Assembly (NCBI GenBank): GCA_965649115.1
Contig: CBFGJN010000062.1
Location: 1-10,611, forward strand
Reading direction: 5' to 3'
DNA length: 10,611 nucleotides
Source of the DNA: a candidate division WOR-3 bacterium
GTDB taxonomy: Bacteria; Hydrothermota; Hydrothermia; LBFQ01; DSFT01
In this document: piece by piece, positions 1 through 10,394 of the stretch
Layout: each line of letters starts with the position of its first letter
Numbering within the stretch: position 1 is the stretch's first letter
Made by a program: the position numbers and the translations under genes
The notes under the pieces: model-generated
Database searches by the model: none
Told to the model about the DNA's origin: nothing
The model's input: the letters and a program-made list of their open reading frames with translations, nothing else

Positions 1-102
1 GCGGAGCCCCCCATTAAAACCCCCCTAAAAATCAATAATTTTCTTGAAAATTTTATAAGTAATTGATTATCAGACATTTAGCAATAATTACTAGACAAAC
101 CA
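1..102 (+). mobile_element. MITE-like repeat, copy 1 (right part; truncated by window start)
   Basis: Ends in AATTACTAGACAAACCA (86-102), whose reverse complement TGGTTTGTCTAGTAATT matches the family TIR. CCCATTAAAACCCCC is shared with 10588-10602. ATAAGTAATTGATTATCAG (55-73) matches 2987-3005 at 18/19. Confidence 0.75.
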
Positions 103-111
103 AATTTATAA

Positions 112-240
112 TGCTGTGTCTAATAATTCTAAAAATATCTTATTTTCTTTATTTTTCCCACCCACCCTACGAAATAAGACTATGCCTTTATAATGCTCAT
201 ATTTTCAGCTTTGGGAGCTTCTCCCCCCTTAAAAAACTTA
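112..240 (+). mobile_element. MITE-like repeat, copy 2 (left part, no right TIR)
   Basis: Starts with TGCTGTGTCTAATAATT (112-128), 15/17 identical to the terminus of the 8653-8808 copy. It continues collinearly with that copy: TATTTTTCCCACCCACCCTACGAAATAAG vs TATTTTCCCCACTCACCCTGAAATTAAG, then ATAATGCTCATATTTT vs ATAAATGCCCATTTTT. Right boundary is approximate. Confidence 0.75.
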
Positions 241-247
241 AAACTAT

Positions 248-2917
248 TTATTTAGAAATATAAAGGAATTTAAACTTTTCCTTTTTAAAGTCAGTCTCTA
301 CATCTAACAAATATATACCTTTTGATTTAAAATTAAGAGGAATTCTATTTATTCCTTTTTCAAGTTTATCATTTATTTCAAGCAATTTTCTTCCATCAAC
401 TGAATATGCAATAATTTTAACATTAGTTCTGTTATTTGTTGATATTTCAATAAAGTTAGTTTTTAGTTTAATATAGTTTTTGTAAATTTTGTTTTCTGAA
501 ATATCTGTAAGTAATGTATCATAAACAATTCTCATCATAAGATTGCCATAGAACATAGGGTTAAATCCTGGATTGCTTGGTCCTTGCCAATACCAATAGC
601 TTGAAGAATCAGAAAATGGTGTTTCATCAAAATTATCATCAAAACCAATATAAGGTGTACTTGGGTAGTTTTGAAGGTAGTTTAAAGCTAACCATACTTT
701 TGTTCCACCAGCTACTTTTTGATTTACATTAAATTCAAACCATCCTTGATAATTTCCGATTGTAATTGTTTGAGGTGGAATTATGAAGTTTGATAATGAT
801 GGAAGGGAAGAGCTATCGGAATTTAGAGAAATTTGAAATTGTGTTGTTTGTGGAGAGTAGATATAAAGTTTTAGCTTTCTTATTAAGAAAGTATCTTTAT
901 AAGTTGGAAATTTATAACCTTTAAAAAATTTATTGTTGTAAAAGTCGCTAGATACATAGTAAAAAGCATTTACTTCTCCATCATCTCCAATTAATTCCAT
1001 CAGAGAATTTAAGTTTCTAATTGTTGTATCATTGTTTGTAAAATAGTCATCAATAGTATTAGTAATAACTTTTAATTGATAATTTCCCCTTGGAAGTAGT
1101 GTCATATTCGTATTTGTTATTAGGACTTCTTGATGTTTTGGTATGAAAGCATTATTGCTGTCTTTAAAAACTTGATTATTAAACTGATCAGTTATTATAA
1201 AATAAACCTTTACATTGTCGTCATAAGAGCCGTTATTTTTGATTTTAGCATAAATTTTAAATGGATTGTATTCTGAGAATTCCAAGTAAGGATATATAAT
1301 TTTTTTAGGTGATATATCGTGGTAATTTATAGAGGTTCTTATTGCTCTGTTATTTGTTGTGTCTTGGTCTGATGGGTAGGATATAATATATTCAAAATCG
1401 TAAATTCCATATTGGCTTGGAACAAAATTCTTAAAATTGATTTGTAATTCACTATTTGGAGATATTGTTGAGACGATTGAGGAATCGGTATCTATAAGTG
1501 TTGAGTTGTAATAGATTTTTGTATATACTTTAAAGTTAGAAGCTGTATTTGAACCTACATTTTTTATCTTTATTATATTTTGGTAATTTTGGTTTGTTTG
1601 TAAGTCAGTAGGAGGAGAAACAATTTGACTAATAGCCAAATCTGTGCTATAAGGATCTATTATTTTAAAAGCATATACATATCCACCATTTCCAAAATCT
1701 CTTGCATGAGCAGCTTTACCACCTGCAATAGCATATCTACCATCTTTTGAAATTCTTGCTAAAAAACAAGAACCTTTTTCATTTAAATTTGTCGCATCAT
1801 CTGGGACATTTATTATGACATTTCCTAGTGAGTCATAAATAGTTATTAAATCTCCAAATGTTCCATTATATTTACCCCAAGAACATACTATCATTCTGCT
1901 TCCATCAGAAGATATTGAAACACTACTTACATAATCTCCATAATTATTATTTGACCATTTTAAAACTAACTGATTATTTGAAATTTCAAAGAAATGAACT
2001 GAACCTGCATCTGATGGAGAGTAAATATAAGTTCCTAAAATTATATATTTTCCATTATCTGATATGTCTCCATCTGTTATCCATTTTCCAGAACCAAGGT
2101 TATAACTTGAAAGCAGATTATATGTGCTTCCATTGAATTTATAAACATTTACAATTCCATTAAATCCATATTGTAAAAGGTAATCCCCACTTCCTGAAAG
2201 TTTTGCTGATGTTTGACCGTAATTGCTTATTGTGGAAATAACAGAACCATTTTGGGTATTTAGAACTGTTACTTTATAGTATTGACTTATAGCTATTTTT
2301 GAATTATCTAAACTAAAACTTACGCCATAAAATCCATAATCATTTGGATTAGCATTGTATGTCCAAAGAACTGATTTTGTTTGGTTATTTATATAAATTA
2401 CTTTATAATCATTTGTTAGAAGTACACTATAATTACCATCTGGGCTTACAAATGCATTAAACACATTTGAATTAGAATAGGAATAAATAGGATTTGGTGA
2501 TGAACTTTTCATAAAGTCAAAATCAGAGCCAAGCATTGAAACCGCTATCTTTTTGTTCCATCTTGATGGCCAGGCAAATAAGTCAGCCCACCATAAACCA
2601 CTTTTATAATATACCCAATCAGGATTTGAAGAACCATTAGTAAAATACCTACTAACTCTTTCATTATTTAATGTCCAACCTATAACTATTTCCGAACCAT
2701 CGTTGTAAATTCCTCCACTTTGAGCGATAGCATATAAATGGTTATTGTCAATCCAAAGAATTTGAGCAGAAAGGATAGAAGGATTAGTAGGTGTAGGTTT
2801 TGGAGTGTATGAACTTTCAGTTTTATAAGGTGTTTTATATCTTTGATAAAGAATTCCACTTATTCTGGTTGTTTCTACTTCAACTGATAAAATCCCTTGA
2901 TATAGTATAATAATCAT
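248..2917 (-). CDS. Secreted multidomain protein: WD40-like beta-propeller, two CARDB/Ig-like domains, C-terminal T9SS type A-like sorting domain
   Basis: 889-aa ORF. Propeller-type repeats (VSPDGNY, VSFSLDNSKIA, ISDNGKYI, ISSDGSRM, ISKDGRYA). Two CARDB-like units (DLAISQI..IKNVGS..DQDTTNN; DISPKKI..IKNNGS..DDYFTNND). The C-terminus VKIIAYSVDGRKL..SKGIYLLDVET..KF resembles the Por/T9SS C-terminal domain. Short hydrophobic N-terminus. Confidence 0.8.
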   Translation of the reverse strand: MIIILYQGILSVEVETTRISGILYQRYKTPYKTESSYTPKPTPTNPSILSAQILWIDNNHLYAIAQSGGIYNDGSEIVIGWTLNNERVSRYFTNGSSNPDWVYYKSGLWWADLFAWPSRWNKKIAVSMLGSDFDFMKSSSPNPIYSYSNSNVFNAFVSPDGNYSVLLTNDYKVIYINNQTKSVLWTYNANPNDYGFYGVSFSLDNSKIAISQYYKVTVLNTQNGSVISTISNYGQTSAKLSGSGDYLLQYGFNGIVNVYKFNGSTYNLLSSYNLGSGKWITDGDISDNGKYIILGTYIYSPSDAGSVHFFEISNNQLVLKWSNNNYGDYVSSVSISSDGSRMIVCSWGKYNGTFGDLITIYDSLGNVIINVPDDATNLNEKGSCFLARISKDGRYAIAGGKAAHARDFGNGGYVYAFKIIDPYSTDLAISQIVSPPTDLQTNQNYQNIIKIKNVGSNTASNFKVYTKIYYNSTLIDTDSSIVSTISPNSELQINFKNFVPSQYGIYDFEYIISYPSDQDTTNNRAIRTSINYHDISPKKIIYPYLEFSEYNPFKIYAKIKNNGSYDDNVKVYFIITDQFNNQVFKDSNNAFIPKHQEVLITNTNMTLLPRGNYQLKVITNTIDDYFTNNDTTIRNLNSLMELIGDDGEVNAFYYVSSDFYNNKFFKGYKFPTYKDTFLIRKLKLYIYSPQTTQFQISLNSDSSSLPSLSNFIIPPQTITIGNYQGWFEFNVNQKVAGGTKVWLALNYLQNYPSTPYIGFDDNFDETPFSDSSSYWYWQGPSNPGFNPMFYGNLMMRIVYDTLLTDISENKIYKNYIKLKTNFIEISTNNRTNVKIIAYSVDGRKLLEINDKLEKGINRIPLNFKSKGIYLLDVETDFKKEKFKFLYISK

Positions 2918-2923
2918 TCTGAA

Positions 2924-2929
2924 ATTTTA
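2924..2929 (-). promoter_or_regulatory. Putative -10 element (TAAAAT) 6 nt upstream of the ATG
   Basis: Minus strand reads GCTTTAAAATTTCAGA-ATG; the same motif precedes four other units. Confidence 0.55.
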
Positions 2930-2939
2930 AAGCATTTTA

Positions 2940-3034
2940 TTTATTCGGCTTTGGGGGGCTAAATCTATAATTTAATCAATTTTTTCATAAGTTATTGATT
3001 ATCAGGGACTTAACATCATTTACTAGATAACGAA
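2940..3034 (+). mobile_element. MITE-like repeat, copy 3 (degenerate middle and right part)
   Basis: TTCGGCTTTG is shared with 10575-10584 and is followed by a G-run. 2987-3005 matches copy 1 at 18/19. Ends in TTACTAGATAACGAA, resembling the right TIR TTACTAGACAAACCA. Confidence 0.65.
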
Positions 3035-3080
3035 AATCTCAAAAATGACAACCCCTCTGAAACTTATTAATTTCTTTTAT

Positions 3081-4064
3081 TTATTTCAATGCTTTTAAAA
3101 CACTTTCAATAATGATTTCTTCATTTATGTTTTCTAAACATATTGGAACGGAAAAACGACATTTATTTTTCAAACATGGAGAACAATCTAAATTTATTCT
3201 TATAACTTTCAGAAATTGTTTATTATAAGGAGCTGTATTATTTTCATCACCTGCTCCAAATAAGACAATTGTTTTTATATTTAGTGCATTTGAAAGATGA
3301 GCTGGACCTGAATCAGTTGAGAGCATTAAATCACAGGCTTTTAAAATTTTAGCAAGTTCAATTAAATTAGTTTTTCCTGCTAAGTTTATAATTTTATCCT
3401 TGTTTTTTAGTGTTTCAATTAACCAATAAACTCTTTTAGTGTCTTTTTTTGAACCTGTTAAGATAAAGTAAGCGTCTATTTCTCTTTTTAGGGTTTCTAT
3501 GATTTTAGCCCACTTCGGAATTGACATTCTTCTACTTTCTGCTTCTGAATTTATATTTATAGCAATTTTATATTTTGAATTTAGTTTTATTATTTCTTCA
3601 TCAGGTTCAACATTTAGTTTCAAGTTTATATTTTCAATTGGATTTTTAATAAAATCTTTTAGTAAATAGCAATATTCTTCAACTCTATGTAAATTTTTTG
3701 GTTTTTTGTAGGCTCTTGTAAGTAAAAAATTTCTCAGTTCATTTCTATAACCTATTCTTTCCTTTGCATTTAGAAAATAACCTATTAGTGCACTTGAAAA
3801 CGAATTTGGAAGAGAAAAATAAATATCAAATTTTTCATTTATTTCTTTTGCCCATTTATATATTCCGAAAAATCCTTTGTATTGATGTTTTGAGAAATAA
3901 TAAATCCTCTCAAAATTTCCAAATAAATTTAATAATTCACCAATTTCAGGTTTTACAATAGCATAAATTTTTGCATCTTTAAAAGTTTCTTTAAGTTTGT
4001 TATAAAATCCATTAGACATAACTAAATCGCCTAACCAATTTGGAAATTTTATTGCTATTTTCAA
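3081..4064 (-). CDS. waaF: Lipopolysaccharide heptosyltransferase II (glycosyltransferase family 9)
   Basis: N-terminal PNWLGDLVM, then PNSFSSA, RIGY, NLAGKTNL, TDSGPAHL, LFG and a C-terminal CSPC..C..C cluster, all typical of GT9/WaaF. TTG start. Confidence 0.88.
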   Translation of the reverse strand: MKIAIKFPNWLGDLVMSNGFYNKLKETFKDAKIYAIVKPEIGELLNLFGNFERIYYFSKHQYKGFFGIYKWAKEINEKFDIYFSLPNSFSSALIGYFLNAKERIGYRNELRNFLLTRAYKKPKNLHRVEEYCYLLKDFIKNPIENINLKLNVEPDEEIIKLNSKYKIAININSEAESRRMSIPKWAKIIETLKREIDAYFILTGSKKDTKRVYWLIETLKNKDKIINLAGKTNLIELAKILKACDLMLSTDSGPAHLSNALNIKTIVLFGAGDENNTAPYNKQFLKVIRINLDCSPCLKNKCRFSVPICLENINEEIIIESVLKALK

Positions 4065-4072
4065 GTTTCAAA

Positions 4073-4078
4073 ATTTTA
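4073..4078 (-). promoter_or_regulatory. Putative -10 element (TAAAAT) 8 nt upstream of the waaF TTG start
   Basis: Minus strand reads GCATTAAAATTTTGAAAC-TTG. Confidence 0.45.
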
Positions 4079-4100
4079 ATGCTGTACTTTTGCCTTCGGC

Positions 4101-4190
4101 TGCCTTGTCCAACCACCCAAAAATAAGCTTTTCCGCTTCCTAACGCCCCCATTGACTATCAATGAATTGATACTATTGTTTTAATGGGGG
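4101..4190 (+). mobile_element. MITE-like repeat, copy 4 (internally deleted and rearranged)
   Basis: TGCCTTGTCCAA (TIR-like) is fused directly to CCACCCAAAAATAAG, as expected from a deletion between the two CAA microhomologies seen in the 10485 copy. GTTTTAATGGGGG (4178-4190) is the exact reverse complement of CCCCCATTAAAAC (8-20). Confidence 0.55.
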
Positions 4191-4213
4191 TTTTTAAGGA
4201 TAGAAATATTAAC

Positions 4214-6932
<2,719 letters not shown>

Positions 6933-6946
6933 AACTTCAATTAATT

Positions 6947-7007
6947 CCCCCCGAAAAACTATAATTTCAAAAAAATTTTTATAACTCATTATTTAGTGGA
7001 CAAAAAA
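6947..7007 (+). repeat. Highly degenerate right-end remnant of the MITE-like repeat (copy 5)
   Basis: CCCCCCGAAAAACTATAATTTCAAAAAAATTTTTATAA parallels CCCCCCTAAAAATCAATAATTTTCTTGAAAATTTTATAA of copy 1. TTAGTGGACAAA resembles the TIR (TTACTAGACAAA / TTATTGGATAAA). The sequence is AT-rich, so support is weaker. Confidence 0.45.
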
Positions 7008-7016
7008 TTTTTGCTT

Positions 7017-7022
7017 TAAAAT
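7017..7022 (+). promoter_or_regulatory. Putative -10 element (TAAAAT) 12 nt upstream of the miaB ATG
   Basis: TGCTTTAAAATTTAAAAACTTTT-ATG, with no Shine-Dalgarno. Confidence 0.45.
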
Positions 7023-7034
7023 TTAAAAACTTTT

Positions 7035-8318
7035 ATGAAAACCTTTTATATTAAAACATTTGGTTGTCAAATGAACGAACTTGATAGTGAGCTTATAAGA
7101 CAAAAACTTTTAAGTGAAGGATATATTGAAGTTGAAAATGAAAAAAATGCTGAAATTATTTTAATAAATACTTGTTCTGTTAGAAGAAAAGCTGAGGAAA
7201 AAGCAATCCATTATTCAAGAGAAATGAAAAACAAAAAGAAAACTGTTGTAATGCTTGGTTGCTTAGCACAACATAAAGGAGAAGAATTACTTAAAATTGC
7301 AAAAGCTGATATTGTAATTGGAACAAAAAGTTATGAAAAAATAATTGATATTTTATTAGACTTTGAAAGAAAGCAAACAAAAAGAGCAATATGTGAAGAT
7401 TTAGGTATATTTCAACTTAAAAGTAGAAAAGTTAAAGAGGGAGAATTTTCAGCTTATGTAAATATTCAGCATGGATGTGATAACTTTTGTACATTCTGTG
7501 TTGTCCCTTATACACGAGGAAGAGAAGTTTCAAGAAAAGCAAGTGATATATTAGAAGAAATAAAACAACTTGAAGAGCAAGGAATTGTTGAAATTGTTTT
7601 ACTTGGACAAAATGTAGATTCCTATTTTGATGGAAAATATGATTTTTCGGATTTATTAAAACTAATTGAAGATGAAACAAAATATATAAGAAGAATAAAA
7701 TTTACAAGTCCAAATCCAAGAGATATAACGATGAAAGTAATAAGAACAATTGCTCAATCTGAAAAAATTGTCAGATGGATTCATTTGCCACTTCAAGCAG
7801 GTTCAAATAAAATTTTAAAAAGAATGAATAGAGGATATACAAAAGAAGAGTACATTTACCAAGCTTTAACAATAAGAGATATTATTAAAGATGTTAGTAT
7901 TACAACTGATATTATAGTAGGATTTCCTTCTGAAACAGACGAAGACTTTGAAGAAACTCTAGATGTTGTAAGAACAGTAAAATATGATGGTGCTTATATG
8001 TTCAAATACTCACCAAGAGAAGGAACACCAGCAAGTTTATTTAAAGAACAAATTGATAATGAAACAAAAGGGAGAAGATTAAGAAGACTTATAGATGAAG
8101 TTAATAAAGCAATCTCTGAAAGAAGAAAATTAATGATTAACAAAGAATATGAAGTTTTAGTTGAAAGCTATAATTCTAAGGATTTTGGTTATAGTTTAGG
8201 TAAAACATTTAACAACATATCAGTCTTAATCAAAGGATTTTTCAAACCAGGAACATTTCTAAAAGGAATTGTTAAAGATATAAAAGGACACACCCCTATT
8301 ATTGAAGTTAGAAATTGA
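7035..8318 (+). CDS. miaB: tRNA-2-methylthio-N6-dimethylallyladenosine synthase (radical SAM methylthiotransferase)
   Basis: UPF0004 cysteines TFGCQMNE.DS, NTCSVR, GCLAQ; radical SAM motif GCDNFCTFCVVPYTRGRE.SR; LLGQNV.SY; HLPLQAGS; TDIIVGFP.ET; YSPREGT; C-terminal TRAM-like region. Confidence 0.93.
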   Translation: MKTFYIKTFGCQMNELDSELIRQKLLSEGYIEVENEKNAEIILINTCSVRRKAEEKAIHYSREMKNKKKTVVMLGCLAQHKGEELLKIAKADIVIGTKSYEKIIDILLDFERKQTKRAICEDLGIFQLKSRKVKEGEFSAYVNIQHGCDNFCTFCVVPYTRGREVSRKASDILEEIKQLEEQGIVEIVLLGQNVDSYFDGKYDFSDLLKLIEDETKYIRRIKFTSPNPRDITMKVIRTIAQSEKIVRWIHLPLQAGSNKILKRMNRGYTKEEYIYQALTIRDIIKDVSITTDIIVGFPSETDEDFEETLDVVRTVKYDGAYMFKYSPREGTPASLFKEQIDNETKGRRLRRLIDEVNKAISERRKLMINKEYEVLVESYNSKDFGYSLGKTFNNISVLIKGFFKPGTFLKGIVKDIKGHTPIIEVRN

Positions 8319-8650
8319 AATCCATTGTTGAAGTTTTATTAAAAAGAAAGATGTATTATAAAGTCCTAAAAGCAATTTATGAGCTTAATAATGAGGGAAA
8401 AATGTCAGTAGGTGTTAGAAAATTGGGAGAAAAACTTGGATATAGAAATTTAATTTCAAAAATTTTAAAAAAACTACAAAATGAAGGATTAATTGAAATA
8501 GTCAATGAAAGAGTTAATAACAGAAAGCCAAGAAAAGTTGCTTATTTAACCCCAAAAGGAGAAATTCTTTTAAAAGAAGTAAAAAAAAGAAAAATTCTTA
8601 TATTAAGGCAGAAGTTAAAAAATATAAAAAAAGAAATTGACCATTTATAA
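8315..8650 (+). CDS. Small basic winged helix-turn-helix DNA-binding protein
   Basis: 111 aa and lysine-rich. VRKLGEKLG..LISKILKKLQNEGLIE followed by a wing and YLTPKGE, as in MarR/PadR/ArsR-like folds. The TTG start overlaps the miaB stop (TTGA). Confidence 0.7.
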   Translation: MKSIVEVLLKRKMYYKVLKAIYELNNEGKMSVGVRKLGEKLGYRNLISKILKKLQNEGLIEIVNERVNNRKPRKVAYLTPKGEILLKEVKKRKILILRQKLKNIKKEIDHL

Positions 8651-8652
8651 TT

Positions 8653-8808
8653 TGCTTTATCCAATAATTAAGGAAATTACTGATTTAACAGGGGGATTAT
8701 TAGGAGGGCTCTGTCCCCCATGGCATAAAAATGGGCATTTATAAGCCGAAGGCTTAATTTCAGGGTGAGTGGGGAAAATATAATATAGTTCCATTACTAG
8801 ACACAGCA
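8653..8808 (-). mobile_element. Complete 156-bp MITE-like element (copy 6) with TIRs and target-site duplication
   Basis: Left end TGCTTTATCCAATAATT (8653-8669); reverse complement of right end TGCTGTGTCTAGTAATG (8792-8808), 12/17 match. Flanked on both sides by TTTATAATT (8644-8652 and 8809-8817). No coding capacity. Orientation is opposite to the other copies. Confidence 0.82.
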
Positions 8809-8816
8809 TTTATAAT

Positions 8817-9233
8817 TTATCTTACTACTAAAACTGAGCAATGGGCATTATCTACAACTTTATCAACAGTTGCTCCAAGTATCCTTTTTAAATAGGAGTG
8901 TTTTTTTGTTCCAAGGACAATCAAATCAACATTTAATGTTTCTGCTACTTTCATTATAACATCAGAAGGCTTTCCAAACTCCAATAATATCTCATAATCT
9001 AAATTCCTGGATTTTAGCATTTCTTCTACTTTTTGAAGAATTTTTGAATAGAATTTTTTAGCTTGTCTTTTTGATTCCTCAATTTCGTCAATAGTTTGAA
9101 CATATTCTGGTATTCTACCAACAGTTAGAATATATACTTTACTTTTGAAAATCTCTGCTAATTCCAAAGCCTTTTTAAAGGCAAGCTCTGAACTTTCAGA
9201 ACCATCATATCCTAATAAAATTTTCTTAAACAT
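8817..9233 (-). CDS. Universal stress protein (UspA family)
   Basis: MFKKILLGYDGSE.S..A, GKPSDVI, DLIVLG, LGATVDKVV..AHCSVLVVR. A strong SD, AGGAGGTG, lies just upstream of the ATG. Confidence 0.95.
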   Translation of the reverse strand: MFKKILLGYDGSESSELAFKKALELAEIFKSKVYILTVGRIPEYVQTIDEIEESKRQAKKFYSKILQKVEEMLKSRNLDYEILLEFGKPSDVIMKVAETLNVDLIVLGTKKHSYLKRILGATVDKVVDNAHCSVLVVR

Positions 9234-9236
9234 TTT

Positions 9237-10391
9237 TCACCTCCTTATCTTAAATCTTCTTAAAGCTCTTTCATGCTTATAAATTGGTTTAAAGAAACTA
9301 TTGGCAATAATAGTTGGAATTAAAGCTGTCAAAATTACACAAACAACCAATACTGAATATTGCTCTCTATTTATAATTCCATTTTGAAGTCCAAAAAGTG
9401 CAGAAATTGTTCCAAATGTTAATCCTGTACTCATCATTAGTGTAGTATAAGCATTTACTCTTAGATTGAATTTAAATAAATAACCAAGTGGAAAAATACC
9501 CAAAAACTTAGCAACAATTTTTGAAAAGAAAAATATAACTACAAGTATAACAGAAGAAATAACAACTTTTAAATCAACCAAACTACCAGCTTTTAAGAAA
9601 TAAAATGGTGTTAAAATTGAAACTGCCGTTGCTCTCATTCTCCTTACTAATTCTTTATTTTTCATAAATTGATTTGCTAAAACAGCACCTATTATATAAG
9701 CAGGTAAAACTGCTTCAAGATAACCTTTTACCGCAAAAAATCCAAATAAAGCAATAATAACAAATGTAAATTTTACTTCTGGTTCAGATGGATGATTTTT
9801 TACCCATTTAAAAAAATAATTTGAAATAAATGGAATAATAGGCGTTAATACAATCATAAGAATTGAAAACAAATAAAACCAGAAATCAAATTTTGTAAAA
9901 ATAAGCCCTAATGCTATAACCGTTCCCAAATCATTTACAAAACAAGCAGCAAGTATAACCTTTCCAAGATTTGTTTCGTTCAAACCACTTTCAACCATTA
10001 CCGCATAAACAACAGCAACTGATGTAGTAGATAAAGCAATACCAGAGATTAAAGCTTGACTTAAATTCCAATTTAAAAAGAAGTAAGTTATAATTGAAAC
10101 AAAAATAAATGGAGCGAAAAAGCCAGCAAGACCTAAAAAAACTGACTCTTTCCAATATTTTTTTACAACTTCACTTTCAAGCTCAGCACCTGCCAAAAAT
10201 GTTAGAATTACAGCTCCAAAAGTCGCTAAGAAGCTTATCCATTCTGTAATTTCGGGCTTTATAGTATTTCCAGCAACAATACCAACTAAAAGTTCAATAA
10301 GTGAGGATGAGATATTTGTAATAAAAGCGGTTATGCTTGAAACAAAAACAAGGAAAAACCAAATGAAAATTTCCCACCAGAGTTTTTCCAT
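9237..10391 (-). CDS. Cation:proton antiporter (CPA/Na_H_Exchanger superfamily), about 12 TM, no KTN domain
   Basis: Highly hydrophobic 384-aa protein. ELLVGIVAG, LTFLAGAELE, ALSTTSVAVV, ILAACFVNDL, AYIIGAVL and PFYFLKAG match CPA2-type helices. Confidence 0.9.
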   Translation of the reverse strand: MEKLWWEIFIWFFLVFVSSITAFITNISSSLIELLVGIVAGNTIKPEITEWISFLATFGAVILTFLAGAELESEVVKKYWKESVFLGLAGFFAPFIFVSIITYFFLNWNLSQALISGIALSTTSVAVVYAVMVESGLNETNLGKVILAACFVNDLGTVIALGLIFTKFDFWFYLFSILMIVLTPIIPFISNYFFKWVKNHPSEPEVKFTFVIIALFGFFAVKGYLEAVLPAYIIGAVLANQFMKNKELVRRMRATAVSILTPFYFLKAGSLVDLKVVISSVILVVIFFFSKIVAKFLGIFPLGYLFKFNLRVNAYTTLMMSTGLTFGTISALFGLQNGIINREQYSVLVVCVILTALIPTIIANSFFKPIYKHERALRRFKIRR

Positions 10392-10394
10392 AAT

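Noticed and set aside
1..240. CRISPR array or integron attC cassette interpretation of the repeats
   Set aside because: There is no regular repeat-spacer periodicity, no cas or intI gene and no attC RYYYAAC/GTTRRRY ends. The intervening genes are core genes in mixed orientation.
63..263. 66-aa + strand ORF
   Set aside because: It runs across the junction of two repeat copies, starts with TTG without an SD, overlaps the 3' end of the 889-aa gene and has no recognisable motif.
1858..2136. 92-aa + strand ORF
   Set aside because: Antisense shadow fully inside the 889-aa gene, with an unnatural His/Leu/Tyr-rich composition.
3764..3961. 65-aa + strand ORF
   Set aside because: Antisense to waaF, with no motif.
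6997..7022. Repeat end TGGACA acting as the -35 for miaB
   Set aside because: The spacing to TAAAAT is only 14 nt, outside the usual 16-18 nt.
7432..7680. 82-aa - strand ORF
   Set aside because: Antisense to the radical SAM core of miaB.
8653..8808. Assignment of the MITE to a specific IS family
   Set aside because: TIR and TSD length alone are compatible with several DDE families, and no transposase is present in the window to decide.
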